64,000 nt of DNA from Dehalococcoidia bacterium (GCA_965250195.1 OZ252295.1:1295212-1359211), one strand, 5' to 3'; positions 42,916 through 53,732 are shown, counted from the first letter of the stretch. Numbers and translations are program-made. Notes: generated from the sequence alone by a model not told the origin.

Positions 42916-43905
42916 ATGAAGATTCGTTTGTTCGCGGTAATGGCCTTATTGTTGCTGGCGGCGGGGATTGCCTGTGGCCAGGCCGCCACCGAGCCCGTTG
43001 AGACGCCCGTTACCCTCGAACCCACGGCCACAATCGTTGCCGTGCCGACGGCGACCACCGTGCCCGCCCCTGAGCCCACGGCCACCACCGCTCCGGCCCC
43101 GGAGCCCACCTACGAGCCGGTCACGCTCGTCGACGGCGCGGACCAGGAGTTCGTCTTCACCGAACCCCCGGAAAGAATCGTCGCTTACGACTCCGCCGTG
43201 GTGGAGATCCTCTTCGCCATCGGTGAGGGCTACCGGATTGTGGGAACCCACGACTTCGTGGAATACCCCGCGGAGGCCGCCGATGTCAGGCGCATCGGCA
43301 GCGCGTTCGAGATAAACGTCGAGGCAATCGTCGGGCTGGAGCCCGACCTCGTCTTCCTGTTTTCGCCCGGCTTCATGGACGACCTGCAGGGTGCGGGCCT
43401 CCGGGTCCTGTTTCTCCCTTCGCGCTCCAGTGGCTTCGGGGACACCGCCGCCGACATCCGGCTCTGGGGCCGCATCGTGGGCAACCCCGATGCGGCCGAG
43501 GCTCTGGCGATAGATTTCGAGACCCGGTTGGCGGCCCTCAAGAGCGTGCTGGCGGGCGTCACAAACGGCCCCCGTGTCTTCCGAGACGAGGGCGGGCTGT
43601 GGACCCCCGGACCCGACACCCTAATCGGCGAAGTCCTGGCCCTGTTGAAGCTGGAAAACATCGCCGGTGACCTCAGCGGATTCGAGCAGATAAGCCCCGA
43701 GGTGATTGTGGAGCGCGACCCGGAGATCATCATCGCTACCGAATTTTCCACCATCGACTCCGACTCCGCCTTCTCCGGTGTAACGGCGATCAAAGAGGGG
43801 CGCGTCATCCGCATGGAGGGCGAGCCCTTGAGCGTGGCCGGCACCCGCTTCATACAGGGCGTCGAAGATCTCGCCCGCCAAATCTACCCCGAACTGTTCC
43901 CTTAA
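42916..43905 (+). CDS. ABC transporter substrate-binding protein, BtuF/FecB (cluster 8, cobalamin/siderophore) type; probable lipoprotein with a Pro/Thr/Glu linker
   Basis: Signal peptide ending LLLAAGIAC, a linker TEPVETPVTLEPTATIV...APEPT, then a PBP core (ERIVAYDSAVVEILFAIGEG..., PDLVF). It sits downstream of a B12 riboswitch. Confidence 0.85.
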   Translation: MKIRLFAVMALLLLAAGIACGQAATEPVETPVTLEPTATIVAVPTATTVPAPEPTATTAPAPEPTYEPVTLVDGADQEFVFTEPPERIVAYDSAVVEILFAIGEGYRIVGTHDFVEYPAEAADVRRIGSAFEINVEAIVGLEPDLVFLFSPGFMDDLQGAGLRVLFLPSRSSGFGDTAADIRLWGRIVGNPDAAEALAIDFETRLAALKSVLAGVTNGPRVFRDEGGLWTPGPDTLIGEVLALLKLENIAGDLSGFEQISPEVIVERDPEIIIATEFSTIDSDSAFSGVTAIKEGRVIRMEGEPLSVAGTRFIQGVEDLARQIYPELFP

Positions 43906-43942
43906 TGCCATCCAAACCCTCTGTGCCTGGGTTAGGAAACCC

Positions 43943-45055
43943 TTGAGACTGCCGGATCGCCTGGGGTCGGCGGCGTTTTGCCGTTCTCCCGTCCAGGGCC
44001 TCGACACGGCATCGGGCGCGGCTGTCTACGGCGTCGCTCGGCGCCGTGTCGCGGTCCGGTTGGCCGTCGGCTTCGTCGCCGTCGTTGTAATCGCCGTGTT
44101 GGCGGCCGGAGTGGGGGCGGTGCAGATACCCTTTGAGACCACCGTTTCCATCGCGATAGACCGCTTACCCGGCATCTCTATAGATGGCGACTGGCCGGCC
44201 AGCTGGCAGACCATCCTGTGGACGCTGCGGTTCCCCCGCATCGTCATGGCCGGCATCGTCGGCGGGGTGTTGGCGTTGAGCGGCGCGGCCTACCAGGGCC
44301 TATTCCGCAACCCGCTCGCCGACCCATATTTAGTAGGTGTGGCCTCCGGAGCGGGTCTGGGGGCGGCCATCGTCTTCCTCACCGGGCTGTCGGTTTTCGC
44401 CGTGGGAGGCGGGCTCCTGCCCATAGCGGCCTTTGCGGGTGCCATCGCCGCAGTGACTGTTTCGTATCTGGTCGCCCGGCGGTCGGACGGCCTTCCTTTG
44501 ACCACGCTCATACTCGCTGGAGTCGCCGTCGCGGCGCTGGCCGGTGCGGTTACCTCTCTACTGATGATCCGCAGCGACCCGTCACTGCGGCCGCTGCTGG
44601 CCTGGCTGCTGGGCGGTTTTTCGGGGTCGCGTTGGACCCATGCCTGGCTCATCCTTCCCTACGTCGTGCCCGGCGTCTTGATCCTGCTCGCATATGCCCG
44701 AGTGCTGAACGTCATGCAGCTCGGCGACGACCACGCCCGCGCGGCGGGGGTGAACGTCGAGCGCACCAAAATAGTGCTGCTCGGAGTCGCATCCCTTCTA
44801 ACTGCGGCGGCGGTGGCGTTTAGTGGAATCATCGGCTTCGTGGGCCTCGTCGCCCCTCACGTCGCCAGGCGACTGTGGGGAGCCGACCACCGCTTCCTCA
44901 TGCCCATGTCGGTCCTGGTAGGCGCGGGCTTCCTCATACTGGCCGATCTCGGCGCCCGGACGCTGGCCAGCCCGGCTGAGCTGCCGGTGGGGATAATCAC
45001 CGCGTTCGCGGGGGCGCCCTTCTTTCTCTTCTTGCTGACGAGGCCCTCCCGATGA
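43943..45055 (+). CDS. FecCD/BtuC-family ABC transporter permease
   Basis: Polytopic protein with RFPRIVMAGIVGGVLALSGAAYQGLFRNPLADPYLVGV..., the FecCD signature region. The N-terminus is uncertain (TTG at 43943). Confidence 0.85.
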   Translation: MRLPDRLGSAAFCRSPVQGLDTASGAAVYGVARRRVAVRLAVGFVAVVVIAVLAAGVGAVQIPFETTVSIAIDRLPGISIDGDWPASWQTILWTLRFPRIVMAGIVGGVLALSGAAYQGLFRNPLADPYLVGVASGAGLGAAIVFLTGLSVFAVGGGLLPIAAFAGAIAAVTVSYLVARRSDGLPLTTLILAGVAVAALAGAVTSLLMIRSDPSLRPLLAWLLGGFSGSRWTHAWLILPYVVPGVLILLAYARVLNVMQLGDDHARAAGVNVERTKIVLLGVASLLTAAAVAFSGIIGFVGLVAPHVARRLWGADHRFLMPMSVLVGAGFLILADLGARTLASPAELPVGIITAFAGAPFFLFLLTRPSR

Positions 45056-45882
45056 CGAGTCCTGCAGCCAGGCTCCGTGTGGACGACCTGCGCTTCGGAT
45101 ACGGTGACGCGCCCGTGCTACGTGGCGTCTCGCTTGCGGCAGAGACCGGCGAGGTGGTGGGGGTGTTGGGGCCGAACGGGTGCGGCAAGACCACGCTCTT
45201 CAAACTGATAATCGGCTCTCTTAAACCCGTGGACGGTCGCATTGACGTCGACGGCGACGACCTGTCGGGCCTCGGGCCCGGCGAGCGTGCCAGAAGAGTA
45301 GCCGCGGTGCCGCAAGACCCGATCGCGCCGATCGGCTTCAATGTAGCGGACCTGGTGATGATGGGCCGCAACCCGCATCTCGGCCTGTTACAGGTGGAGG
45401 GCGAACGGGACCGGGCCATCGCGGTGAAGGCCATGGAGCGCACGGACATCCTTTCCCTGGCGCATCGGCCCGTCACCAGCCTCTCCGGCGGCGAGCGCCA
45501 GCGGGTGTTCGTGGCAATGGCGCTGGTGCAGCGGGCGCCGGTGTTGCTGCTCGACGAGCCGACGTCCAACCTCGATCTGGCCGCGCAGGCGACCGTCATG
45601 GCTCTCGTTCAGCGGTTATGCCGGGAGCGGGGCGACACCGTGCTGGTGGCCATGCACGACCTGACACTGGCGGCCCAGTGGTGCGACCGGCTAGTGCTCA
45701 TGGAAGGTGGCACGGTCCGCACCGAGGGCACGCCGGAATCGGTCCTGACGGGACACAATGTCGCGGCCGTCTACGGTGCTGACGTCGTCATCGCCCGTCA
45801 CCCCCAGAGCGGTACCCCTGTCGTGCTTTCCAGTACCGCCGACCGACGGCCTTCCGGGAGATGCATATTTCCTCCGTCCTAA
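45052..45882 (+). CDS. ABC transporter ATP-binding protein (BtuD/FepC type)
   Basis: Walker A GPNGCGKTT, signature LSGGERQR, and Walker B LLLDEPTS. It overlaps the permease gene by 4 nt. Confidence 0.88.
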   Translation: MTSPAARLRVDDLRFGYGDAPVLRGVSLAAETGEVVGVLGPNGCGKTTLFKLIIGSLKPVDGRIDVDGDDLSGLGPGERARRVAAVPQDPIAPIGFNVADLVMMGRNPHLGLLQVEGERDRAIAVKAMERTDILSLAHRPVTSLSGGERQRVFVAMALVQRAPVLLLDEPTSNLDLAAQATVMALVQRLCRERGDTVLVAMHDLTLAAQWCDRLVLMEGGTVRTEGTPESVLTGHNVAAVYGADVVIARHPQSGTPVVLSSTADRRPSGRCIFPPS

Positions 45883-47363
45883 TGGTGCAGGGCACCGGGT
45901 CGTCGGTGGGCAAGAGCCTGCTGGTGGCTGCCCTGTGCCGAATCTTCCGGCAGGACGGCCACTCCGTCGCGCCCTTCAAGGCGCAGAACATGTCCCTCAA
46001 CTCCGGTGTCACTCCCACGGGCCACGAAATCGGACGGTCGACGCTCGTCCAGGCCGAGGCCGCCGGAATACTACCCTCGGTAGACATGAACCCCATCCTG
46101 CTCAAGCCCGAGGCGGACCACCGTTCCCAGCTGGTGTTGAACGGGCAGCCCGCGGGCCACATCGAGGCGTATCACTTCAACGCAAGGCGGGCCGATATGT
46201 GGGGCGCGGTCACGGTGGCGTTGGGCCGAATGCGAGCCGAGTATGACGTTGTGGTGATCGAAGGCGCGGGCTCCCCGGCCGAGATCAACCTGCGCGGCGG
46301 AGACATCGTAAATATGGAAGTCGCGTTGCACGCCGAGGCCCCGGTGGTGCTGGTCGGCGACATCGACAAGGGCGGCGTCTTCGCCCAGCTCTACGGGACG
46401 CTCGAACTGATCGCGCCCGAAGAAAAAGCGCTGGTGGCGGGCATGGTCATCAACAAGTTCAGGGGCGACGTAAAGGTGCTGGAGCCCGGCCTCGTCACTC
46501 TCGAAGAGCTCACCGGCAAGCCCGTCTTCGGCGTCGTCCCCTACCTCAGGGACCTTCAAATCGCAGAAGAGGACTCGCCGTCCGGCCAGCCCACTGCTGC
46601 GCCGGACTCGCTCGTGGACATCGCCGTCATCGCGCTGCCCCACATCGCCAACTTCGACGACTTCGACCCCCTCAAACGAGAGCCTGGGGTAGGTCTTCGT
46701 TACGTTAGGCGCCTCGAAGAACTGGGCGCGCCCGATCTCGTAATTCTGCCCGGCACCAAGACAACCGTCGCCGATCTGGGCCACCTGCGCGAGAGCGGCC
46801 TCGCCGGCGCCATCGCGGCCCTGGCCGCATCTGGAACTGGCGTGCTCGGCATATGCGGCGGCTTCCAGATGCTGGGCCGCTCCATCCTTGACCCGTCCGG
46901 CGTCGAATCGGCATCTCGCGAGGTAGAGGGGCTCCGATTGCTGCCCGTCACCACCGTGTTCGAGGCCGCCAAAAAGACCCGGCTGGTCACGGGCCGGGCT
47001 CTGGCGTCCTCTGGCGGACTGTTTGAGCACGCCGAGGGGATGGCCGTCTCCGGCTACGAGATACACATGGGGTCATCGACCCTTTCGGGAGATGAGTCGC
47101 CGAGGCGTGCCGGACCGTTCGAACTCCCTCAGCGTAGAGACGGTGCGGCAAGTAAGGACGGATGGGTGGTGGGCACCTACCTGCACGGCCTGTTCGGTAA
47201 CGCAGAGCTGCGTCGCCAAATGATCATGAATCTTGCCATTCGAAAAGGCGTGAAGCTGCCAAGCGCCGAGGTCACTGCCTTCGACCAGGCGGCCGAGTAC
47301 GACCGGTTGGCAGACGAGGTTCGGGCGGCGCTGGACATGGAAGCCATCTACGCGCTCGTCTGA
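45882..47363 (+). CDS. cobQ: Cobyric acid synthase CobQ
   Basis: MVQGTGSSVGKS... CobQ/CbiP N-terminal ATPase domain plus a C-terminal GATase-like domain (GICGGFQMLG...YLHG). The start is placed at the TAATG stop/start overlap (45882), not the tracked 45861. Confidence 0.9.
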   Translation: MVQGTGSSVGKSLLVAALCRIFRQDGHSVAPFKAQNMSLNSGVTPTGHEIGRSTLVQAEAAGILPSVDMNPILLKPEADHRSQLVLNGQPAGHIEAYHFNARRADMWGAVTVALGRMRAEYDVVVIEGAGSPAEINLRGGDIVNMEVALHAEAPVVLVGDIDKGGVFAQLYGTLELIAPEEKALVAGMVINKFRGDVKVLEPGLVTLEELTGKPVFGVVPYLRDLQIAEEDSPSGQPTAAPDSLVDIAVIALPHIANFDDFDPLKREPGVGLRYVRRLEELGAPDLVILPGTKTTVADLGHLRESGLAGAIAALAASGTGVLGICGGFQMLGRSILDPSGVESASREVEGLRLLPVTTVFEAAKKTRLVTGRALASSGGLFEHAEGMAVSGYEIHMGSSTLSGDESPRRAGPFELPQRRDGAASKDGWVVGTYLHGLFGNAELRRQMIMNLAIRKGVKLPSAEVTAFDQAAEYDRLADEVRAALDMEAIYALV

Positions 47364-47422
47364 GTCACCTCGGTGATATCCTGCGGCCCCAAATCGGGTC
47401 CATTCGGGTCGCAGAGGTGAAC

Positions 47423-48550
47423 ATGAACATCGAGACGCTCGCCGTCCATTCCGGCCTCGCCGTGGACCCGTCCACCGGAGCGGTAACACCGCCCATCCAC
47501 CTCTCCACCACCTTCGAGCGAGACCCGGACGGCAGCTATTCGAAGGGCTTCCTCTACGCCCGAATCGAAAACCCCAATCGGAGCGCGCTGGAAACCGCGA
47601 TGGCCGAGCTTGAGGGTGGTGAAGCGGCGGCGGCCTTCTCCTCCGGCATGGCGGCGGCGGCTGCGGTCTTCACCGCGCTGACGCCTGGTGACCACGTTTT
47701 AGCTCCGACCGATGTCTACCACGGCACGGCACAGTTGCTTAGGGACCAGATGACGCGTTGGGGCCTGGACATCGAATTCATAGATATGGGCCGCCTCGAT
47801 GCGGTGCGGGCGAAGATGCGGCCGGACACCCGGCTGGTGTGGACCGAGACACCGTCCAACCCCCTTCTCAAGGTCACGGACCTCAGCGCGGTCGCGGCGC
47901 TGGCCGGTGCTGTCGGGGCCGTAAACGTCTGCGATTCGACCTGGGCGACACCCGTTTTGCAGCGCCCGCTCCTGCTCGGCTGCGACCTCGTAGTGCACGC
48001 CTCCACCAAGTACCTTGGCGGCCACGGCGACGTGCAGGGCGGACTCGTCGTCGCGGCGAAAGCCGAAGGCTTTTTCGAGCGAGTGCGGGACGTCCAGGCG
48101 AACGGAGGCGCAGTGCCGTCCCCATTCGACTCCTGGCTCGTGCGGCGGGGCATTCGCACGTTGCCACTGCGCATGAGCGCGCACTGCACGGGCGCCCAGC
48201 GAATCGCCCAGTTTCTGGACGGCCACGCGAAAGTTAGCGCCGTCCACTACCCCGGCCTGCCCCATCACCCCGGCCACGAAATAGCCGCCGGGCAGATGTC
48301 CGGTTTCGGGGGCATGGTGTCGTTCCAGGTAAGTGGCGGCGCCGATGCGGCCAAGTTCGTTGCTGCCGCCACGACTCTCTTTACACGCGCCACCAGTCTG
48401 GGCGGAACGGAGAGCCTGATCGAGCACCGGGCCTCCATGGAGGGCGAGGCGACGGCCACGCCCGATGACCTGCTGCGCCTCTCCATCGGGTTGGAGCACC
48501 CCGACGATTTGATCGCCGATCTGGAGGGAGCGCTAGGGGCTTCGAGCTGA
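47423..48550 (+). CDS. Cys/Met-metabolism PLP-dependent enzyme (cystathionine gamma-synthase / beta-lyase / sulfhydrylase family)
   Basis: ETLAVHSG..., the PLP-lysine motif HASTKYLGGHGD, and C-terminal RLSIGLEHPDDLIADL. The start could be GTG 47417 or ATG 47423. Confidence 0.85.
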   Translation: MNIETLAVHSGLAVDPSTGAVTPPIHLSTTFERDPDGSYSKGFLYARIENPNRSALETAMAELEGGEAAAAFSSGMAAAAAVFTALTPGDHVLAPTDVYHGTAQLLRDQMTRWGLDIEFIDMGRLDAVRAKMRPDTRLVWTETPSNPLLKVTDLSAVAALAGAVGAVNVCDSTWATPVLQRPLLLGCDLVVHASTKYLGGHGDVQGGLVVAAKAEGFFERVRDVQANGGAVPSPFDSWLVRRGIRTLPLRMSAHCTGAQRIAQFLDGHAKVSAVHYPGLPHHPGHEIAAGQMSGFGGMVSFQVSGGADAAKFVAAATTLFTRATSLGGTESLIEHRASMEGEATATPDDLLRLSIGLEHPDDLIADLEGALGASS

Positions 48551-48688
48551 TCGGCGCTCCTTGTTTTGACCCCTTGTGGTGGGGTAGAGTACCAGCGCGA
48601 AATGGCACCCGTCTGAGCGTGCCAATGGCCGGGCTTTTGGCGGAGCCCATCACGCTCAGCGCCAGGTCGCTAAACAGAGGAGGACTCG

Positions 48689-51034
48689 ATGACCACTTCC
48701 CTAATGGGCGTCCGTGTAAAGAGGCGTGAAGACGCGCGGCTTTTGCGCGGCACCGGCAAATACGTCGACGACATAAAGCTGGCGGGGATGCTGTCCATGC
48801 AGCTGGTTCGTAGCCCTTACGGTCACGCGAAGATCACCAGCATCGACTCCTCTGCCGCCGAGGCGATGGACGGCGTTGTCGCCGTCTACACCGGCGAGCA
48901 GCTCAAAGACGAGCAGGGCTCCGTGCCGTGTGGATGGGTAGTCCCCGACACCAAAGAAGTCGCCCACCCTCCTATAGCCATCGACACCGTGCGCTTCGTC
49001 GGTGACATCGTCGCGGCCGTCGTGGCCAGGACCCCCGAGGCGGCGGCAGACGCCGTCCGATTGGTAGACGTAGAGTACGAGAACCTTCCCGTGGTAGTCG
49101 GGACTGGAGAGGCCGCCAAGCCCGGCGCCCCTCAGCTGCACCACGACGCCCCCAACAACATCGCTTTCGAGTGGCAGGTCGCCGGTGGCGACGTCGACGC
49201 CGCCGTCAAGGAAGCCGAAGTCGTCGTCAAGCAGACCATGGTCAACCAGCGACTGGTCCCCAACGCCATGGAGACGCGCGGCATCGTCTGCGAATACAAC
49301 CACGGCTCCAACCAGCTCACCCTGTGGACCTCGACTCAGATCCCGCATCTCGTGCGGCTACTGTTGGCCCTGACCATCGGCCACCCCGAGCATCTGATTC
49401 GGGTGGTCGCCCCGGACGTGGGTGGCGCATTCGGCTCCAAGCTCTACATGTACGCGGAGGAAGTCATCGCCGCCGTCGTGGCCAAGCGTGTGAGGCGCCC
49501 GATCAAGTGGATCGAGTCCCGGCAGGAGGCGTACATGGCGACCACTCATGGTCGCGATCACCTCAGCACCGGCACCCTAGCTGGGAAAAGTGACGGCACC
49601 ATAACCGCATTGGACGTCGAAACCACCGCCAACATGGGCGCCTACCTTTCTACGTTCGCCCCGCTCATTCCGACGCTCCTCTACGGGCTGATGATGGGCG
49701 GCCCTTACGACCTGGCGAACCTGCGGTGCAGTGTCACCGCCGTCTACACCAACACCACACCTGTCGATGCCTACAGGGGCGCCGGGCGGCCCGAGGCCGT
49801 GTACATCATTGAGCGGCTGGTGGACATGTTCGCCGCCAAGATCGGCATGGACCCCGGAGTCGTGCGGCGAAAGAACTTCATCGAGCCCTTCGACGACGGC
49901 CACACGGTCGCCACGGGCGTCACCTACGACAGTGGCAACTACCACATCGCGTTCGACCGGGCCATGGAGATCGTCGGCTACGAAGACTTCCGCGCCGAGC
50001 AGGCCGCCGCTCGCGACGAGGGTCGATTGCTCGGAATCGGCCTCTCAACGTACGTAGAAATCTGCGGCGCGGCCCCGTCGTCCGTAGCCGTCACCCTCGG
50101 GGCGCGTGCTGGACTCTGGGAGAGTGCGACTGTTCGTGTGAATCCCACCGGAACTATTCGCGTATTCAGCGGCTCATCCAGCCACGGCCAGGGCCACGAG
50201 ACCGCCTTCGCCCAACTGGTAGCAGGTGAACTCGGGGTCCCAATCGAAAACGTCGAGATCGTCCACGGTGACACCGACCAGGTCCAGTTCGGCACCGGCA
50301 CCTTCGGGTCTCGGAGCGCCGCGGTCGGTGGAGGCGCCATCAACGCGGCCGTCACCAAAATCAAAGACAAGGCCAAAAAGCTCGCGGCCCACCTGCTGGA
50401 AGCCGCGCCCGAGGACATCGTCTACGAAGACGGCAAGCTCTTCGTAAAGGGCGCCCCGGCAGAGGCCAAGACTTTTGGGGACATCGCCCTCGCGGCTCAT
50501 GTCTACGCCGGTGAGCTTCCTGATGGGATGGAGCCCGGGTTGGAAGAAACGAGTTTCTTCGACCCCAGCAACTTCACCTGGCCCTTCGGCACCCACATCG
50601 CCGTCGTCGAAATAGACCCCGACACCGGTGCGGTAACACCCCTTCGGTACATAGCGGTGGACGACGTTGGCAACATCATCAACCCGATGATCGTCGACGG
50701 CATGGTGCATGGCGGCGCCGCCCAGGGGATGGGTCAGGCGTTGCAGGAAGAGGCCATCTACGATGACGACGGTCAGCTGCTGACCGGCACCATGCTGGAC
50801 TACGCAGTACCCTCAGCCGAAGATCTCCCGAACTTCGAAGTAGACCAGACCGTCACTCCCACGCAGGTCAATCCGATGGGCGTCAAAGGCGCTGGAGAGA
50901 CGGCCACCATCGCCGGCTCGCCCGCCGTCATCAACGCCGTCGTAGATGCGCTGGCGCACCTTGGCGTGACCCATCTCGACATGCCCGCCAAGCCCGAGAA
51001 CGTCTGGCGCGTCATGCGGGACGCACAGGCCTGA
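48689..51034 (+). CDS. Molybdopterin-binding large subunit of the xanthine dehydrogenase / CO dehydrogenase family, form-II CoxL-like
   Basis: A 781-aa aldehyde-oxidase/XDH a/b-hammerhead plus Mo-binding architecture. The active-site loop reads AYRGAGR (49769-49789), the form-II signature, not the form-I AYxCSFR. Confidence 0.85.
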   Translation: MTTSLMGVRVKRREDARLLRGTGKYVDDIKLAGMLSMQLVRSPYGHAKITSIDSSAAEAMDGVVAVYTGEQLKDEQGSVPCGWVVPDTKEVAHPPIAIDTVRFVGDIVAAVVARTPEAAADAVRLVDVEYENLPVVVGTGEAAKPGAPQLHHDAPNNIAFEWQVAGGDVDAAVKEAEVVVKQTMVNQRLVPNAMETRGIVCEYNHGSNQLTLWTSTQIPHLVRLLLALTIGHPEHLIRVVAPDVGGAFGSKLYMYAEEVIAAVVAKRVRRPIKWIESRQEAYMATTHGRDHLSTGTLAGKSDGTITALDVETTANMGAYLSTFAPLIPTLLYGLMMGGPYDLANLRCSVTAVYTNTTPVDAYRGAGRPEAVYIIERLVDMFAAKIGMDPGVVRRKNFIEPFDDGHTVATGVTYDSGNYHIAFDRAMEIVGYEDFRAEQAAARDEGRLLGIGLSTYVEICGAAPSSVAVTLGARAGLWESATVRVNPTGTIRVFSGSSSHGQGHETAFAQLVAGELGVPIENVEIVHGDTDQVQFGTGTFGSRSAAVGGGAINAAVTKIKDKAKKLAAHLLEAAPEDIVYEDGKLFVKGAPAEAKTFGDIALAAHVYAGELPDGMEPGLEETSFFDPSNFTWPFGTHIAVVEIDPDTGAVTPLRYIAVDDVGNIINPMIVDGMVHGGAAQGMGQALQEEAIYDDDGQLLTGTMLDYAVPSAEDLPNFEVDQTVTPTQVNPMGVKGAGETATIAGSPAVINAVVDALAHLGVTHLDMPAKPENVWRVMRDAQA

Positions 51035-51045
51035 GCCGAGACCCC

Positions 51046-51969
51046 GTGAGCCAAGCCCGGCCGAGCAAAACCGGGCCCAACGGCGCTCGGCGGAGTTCGG
51101 ACCCGGTCGGAAAAATCCTCGACCGGCTGGAGTCGGCCGACTACATCGCCGACCCGTCCATCGGCACCGCCATCTACATGGCCCAGGAGTTGGGTCGTCC
51201 GCTGCTAATAGAGGGCAGGGCGGGCGTCGGCAAGACGGAAATAGCTAGGGTCATGGCCGGGCTGCTCGAAACGCGCCTCATACGCCTGCAGTGCTACGAG
51301 GGGTTGGACGTCAACACCGCGCTCTACGAGTGGAACTACCCACGCCAGCTCCTGCACATCAAACTGGACGAGGGCAGCGGCCGGTCCACGGCGGACCGCG
51401 AGCGTGAGATATTCAGCCGCGAATTCTTGCTGGAGCGCCCCCTGCTGGCGGCCATCACCGAGCCCGACAGGGCGCCCGTGCTGCTCATCGACGAGATCGA
51501 CCGGGCAGACGAAGAGTTCGAGGCGTTCTTGTTGGAAATCCTCTCGGATTTCCAGGTCACGATCCCCGAGCTGGGCACCATAGCTGCAACGCATCCGCCC
51601 CTGGTGATCCTCACCTCCAACCGTACGAGAGAGCTATCCGACGCGCTGCGGCGCCGGTGCCTGTACCTGTGGATCGACTACCCGGACTACGAAAAAGAGT
51701 TGCGCATCGTGCGGGCCAAAATACCAGGTATCGAGGAGCAACTTGCCAGCCAGGTAGTGAAATTCGTAGAGGACGTGCGCGGTCTCGATCTGGACAAGTT
51801 GCCGGGCGTCTCAGAAACGTTGGACTGGGCCAGGGCCATGATCGTAATGAGCTATGAGAAGATCGACCGCGAGGCGGTCGAGAGCACCCTGGGGGCGCTC
51901 ATCAAAGACGCCGACGACCTGGAGGAGTTCAGGGCAAAGGCCCTCGAGGAGCTCGTGGCAAAAGTTTAG
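51046..51969 (+). CDS. MoxR-family AAA+ ATPase (CoxD-like)
   Basis: Walker A GRAGVGKTE, Walker B LLIDEIDRA, and a typical MoxR length (307 aa). GTG start 12 nt after the CoxL-like stop codon. Confidence 0.88.
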   Translation: MSQARPSKTGPNGARRSSDPVGKILDRLESADYIADPSIGTAIYMAQELGRPLLIEGRAGVGKTEIARVMAGLLETRLIRLQCYEGLDVNTALYEWNYPRQLLHIKLDEGSGRSTADREREIFSREFLLERPLLAAITEPDRAPVLLIDEIDRADEEFEAFLLEILSDFQVTIPELGTIAATHPPLVILTSNRTRELSDALRRRCLYLWIDYPDYEKELRIVRAKIPGIEEQLASQVVKFVEDVRGLDLDKLPGVSETLDWARAMIVMSYEKIDREAVESTLGALIKDADDLEEFRAKALEELVAKV

Positions 51970-52061
51970 AACCGCTGGCGAAGGTATAACGGCCGGCGCA
52001 AACACCGTTAGCTCACCGTAAGGGCGATTGCGACGAAGCGATCGTCATTGAGGAGAAAAAA

Positions 52062-53732
52062 ATGGCAAGGATGACCGGTAAAAAGGCGCTGCTGGAGATG
52101 CTCCGGGCCGAGGGTGTCAAGTACATCTTCGGCAACCCCGGCACCTCTGAGGGGGCGATCATGGACGCCCTCGAAGACTACCCGGACATCCACTACGTCC
52201 TGGCCACGCAGGAGGGCGCGGCCATGGGCGCGGCCGACGCCTACGCCCGTGCCACCGGCAAGCCTTCGTTCGTAAACCTGCACATCGAAACCGGCCTGGC
52301 CAACGGTATCAGCCTGCTGCACAACGCGGCGGCAGGCGGCACGCCGTTGGTGCTGACCGCGGGCAACAAAGACATGCGAAAGCTCATCGAGGGCCGCACG
52401 CCCCTGGCCGACATGGTCAAGACCTTCACCAAGTGGAGCGCGGAGCTGACGCACCCCGAACAGATACCTGCCGCCATTCGGAGGGCCTTCAACGAGGCGC
52501 GCACGCCGCCCTCAGGTCCCACCTTCATTGCCTTCTCCGCCAACGCCCTTGATGGCGAGGCCGACATGGAAATCGTGCCCAATTCGAAAGGCTACTTCCG
52601 AATGGGACCGGACGCCGACGCCATTAAAGAGGCCGCCGACATACTGGCGAGCTCCAAGAACCCCGTCATGCTGGTGGGTGACCGCGTAGCGCAGTCCGGC
52701 GCGTCAGAAGAGGCCGTGCGCGTGGCGGAAGCACTGGGTGCTCCCGTCTATTCCACCCTCTACTCCGAGATGAACTTCCCCTCTCGCCACCCGCTGTACA
52801 AGGGCCCCCTGCTCTGGGGCTTTCCAACAGGCAAAGAGGCTCTCGCCGACGCCGACGCCGTTATCGCGGTCGGTAACACCTTCTCCGGCTACTTCTTCTT
52901 CCCAGACGAGGGGAACAGTTCCTTCGCCCCCAGCACCAGGGTCGTGCACATGGACGCGTCGCCCGTGGAGGTCGGCAAGAGCGAGCCCACCGACGTCGGC
53001 ATAATCGCCGACCCCAAAATCGGCCTCGCCCAATTGGCAGAGGCGCTGGAAGGCGCCATGAGCGGCAGCGCGCAAGAAGCGGCCAAGGGTCGAGCCGAGA
53101 CCGTGGCCGGTGAGACCGCGAGCGCCAGGGCCAAGTGGGAAGCCCGCATAAAAGAGCGCTGGGACATCTCACCCATGTCGGCGGAGCGCATGATGGCCGA
53201 GGTGGCCGCCGTCATCCCCGATGACACGGTGATAGTGGACGACTCGGTCACCACCCGCGCGGCGGTGGTCGGCGCCATCGAGTTCAACCGGCCCGGCCAG
53301 GTGTTCGGCGAGCGTGGCGGTGCCATCGGCTGGGGCATCGGCGGCGGCATGGGCGCCAAGCTGGCCAACCCCGGCAAGCCGGTCATAGCCATCCTCGGCG
53401 ACGGCTCGGCCATGATGACCGTGCAGGGTTACTACACGGCCGCCATCGAGAACATCCCCATCATCTACATCATCTGCAACAACGAGGCGTACCGGGTCCT
53501 GAAGGTCAACATGGACGTGTACAAGAGCCTCGTCGTGGGTCAGAACCCGCCCCAGAGCAAGTACATGGCGATGGACTTCCCCCAGCGGCTCGACCACGCG
53601 GCCCTGGCCCGGGCGATGGGCGTCTACGGGGTGCGCATCGAAGACCCGGCCCAGATAGGGCCTGAGCTAACCAAGGCCCTCGCGTCCGGCAAGCCCGCCG
53701 TCCTCGACATCGTCATCGACGGGGCTCTTTAG
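52062..53732 (+). CDS. Thiamine-diphosphate-dependent enzyme (benzoylformate decarboxylase / acetolactate synthase-like)
   Basis: N-terminal ...GVKYIFGNPGTSE and the ThDP-binding motif GDGSAMMTVQ...IIYIICNNEAY. Length is 556 aa. Confidence 0.85.
   Translation: MARMTGKKALLEMLRAEGVKYIFGNPGTSEGAIMDALEDYPDIHYVLATQEGAAMGAADAYARATGKPSFVNLHIETGLANGISLLHNAAAGGTPLVLTAGNKDMRKLIEGRTPLADMVKTFTKWSAELTHPEQIPAAIRRAFNEARTPPSGPTFIAFSANALDGEADMEIVPNSKGYFRMGPDADAIKEAADILASSKNPVMLVGDRVAQSGASEEAVRVAEALGAPVYSTLYSEMNFPSRHPLYKGPLLWGFPTGKEALADADAVIAVGNTFSGYFFFPDEGNSSFAPSTRVVHMDASPVEVGKSEPTDVGIIADPKIGLAQLAEALEGAMSGSAQEAAKGRAETVAGETASARAKWEARIKERWDISPMSAERMMAEVAAVIPDDTVIVDDSVTTRAAVVGAIEFNRPGQVFGERGGAIGWGIGGGMGAKLANPGKPVIAILGDGSAMMTVQGYYTAAIENIPIIYIICNNEAYRVLKVNMDVYKSLVVGQNPPQSKYMAMDFPQRLDHAALARAMGVYGVRIEDPAQIGPELTKALASGKPAVLDIVIDGAL

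Noticed and set aside
46071-47066. 331-aa minus-strand ORF inside cobQ (similar antisense ORFs at 47699-48499 and 63059-63979)
   Set aside because: They are antisense to genes with unambiguous family motifs (CobQ, Cys/Met PLP enzyme, class IV aminotransferase). They have no ribosome-binding sites and a shadow-ORF composition.
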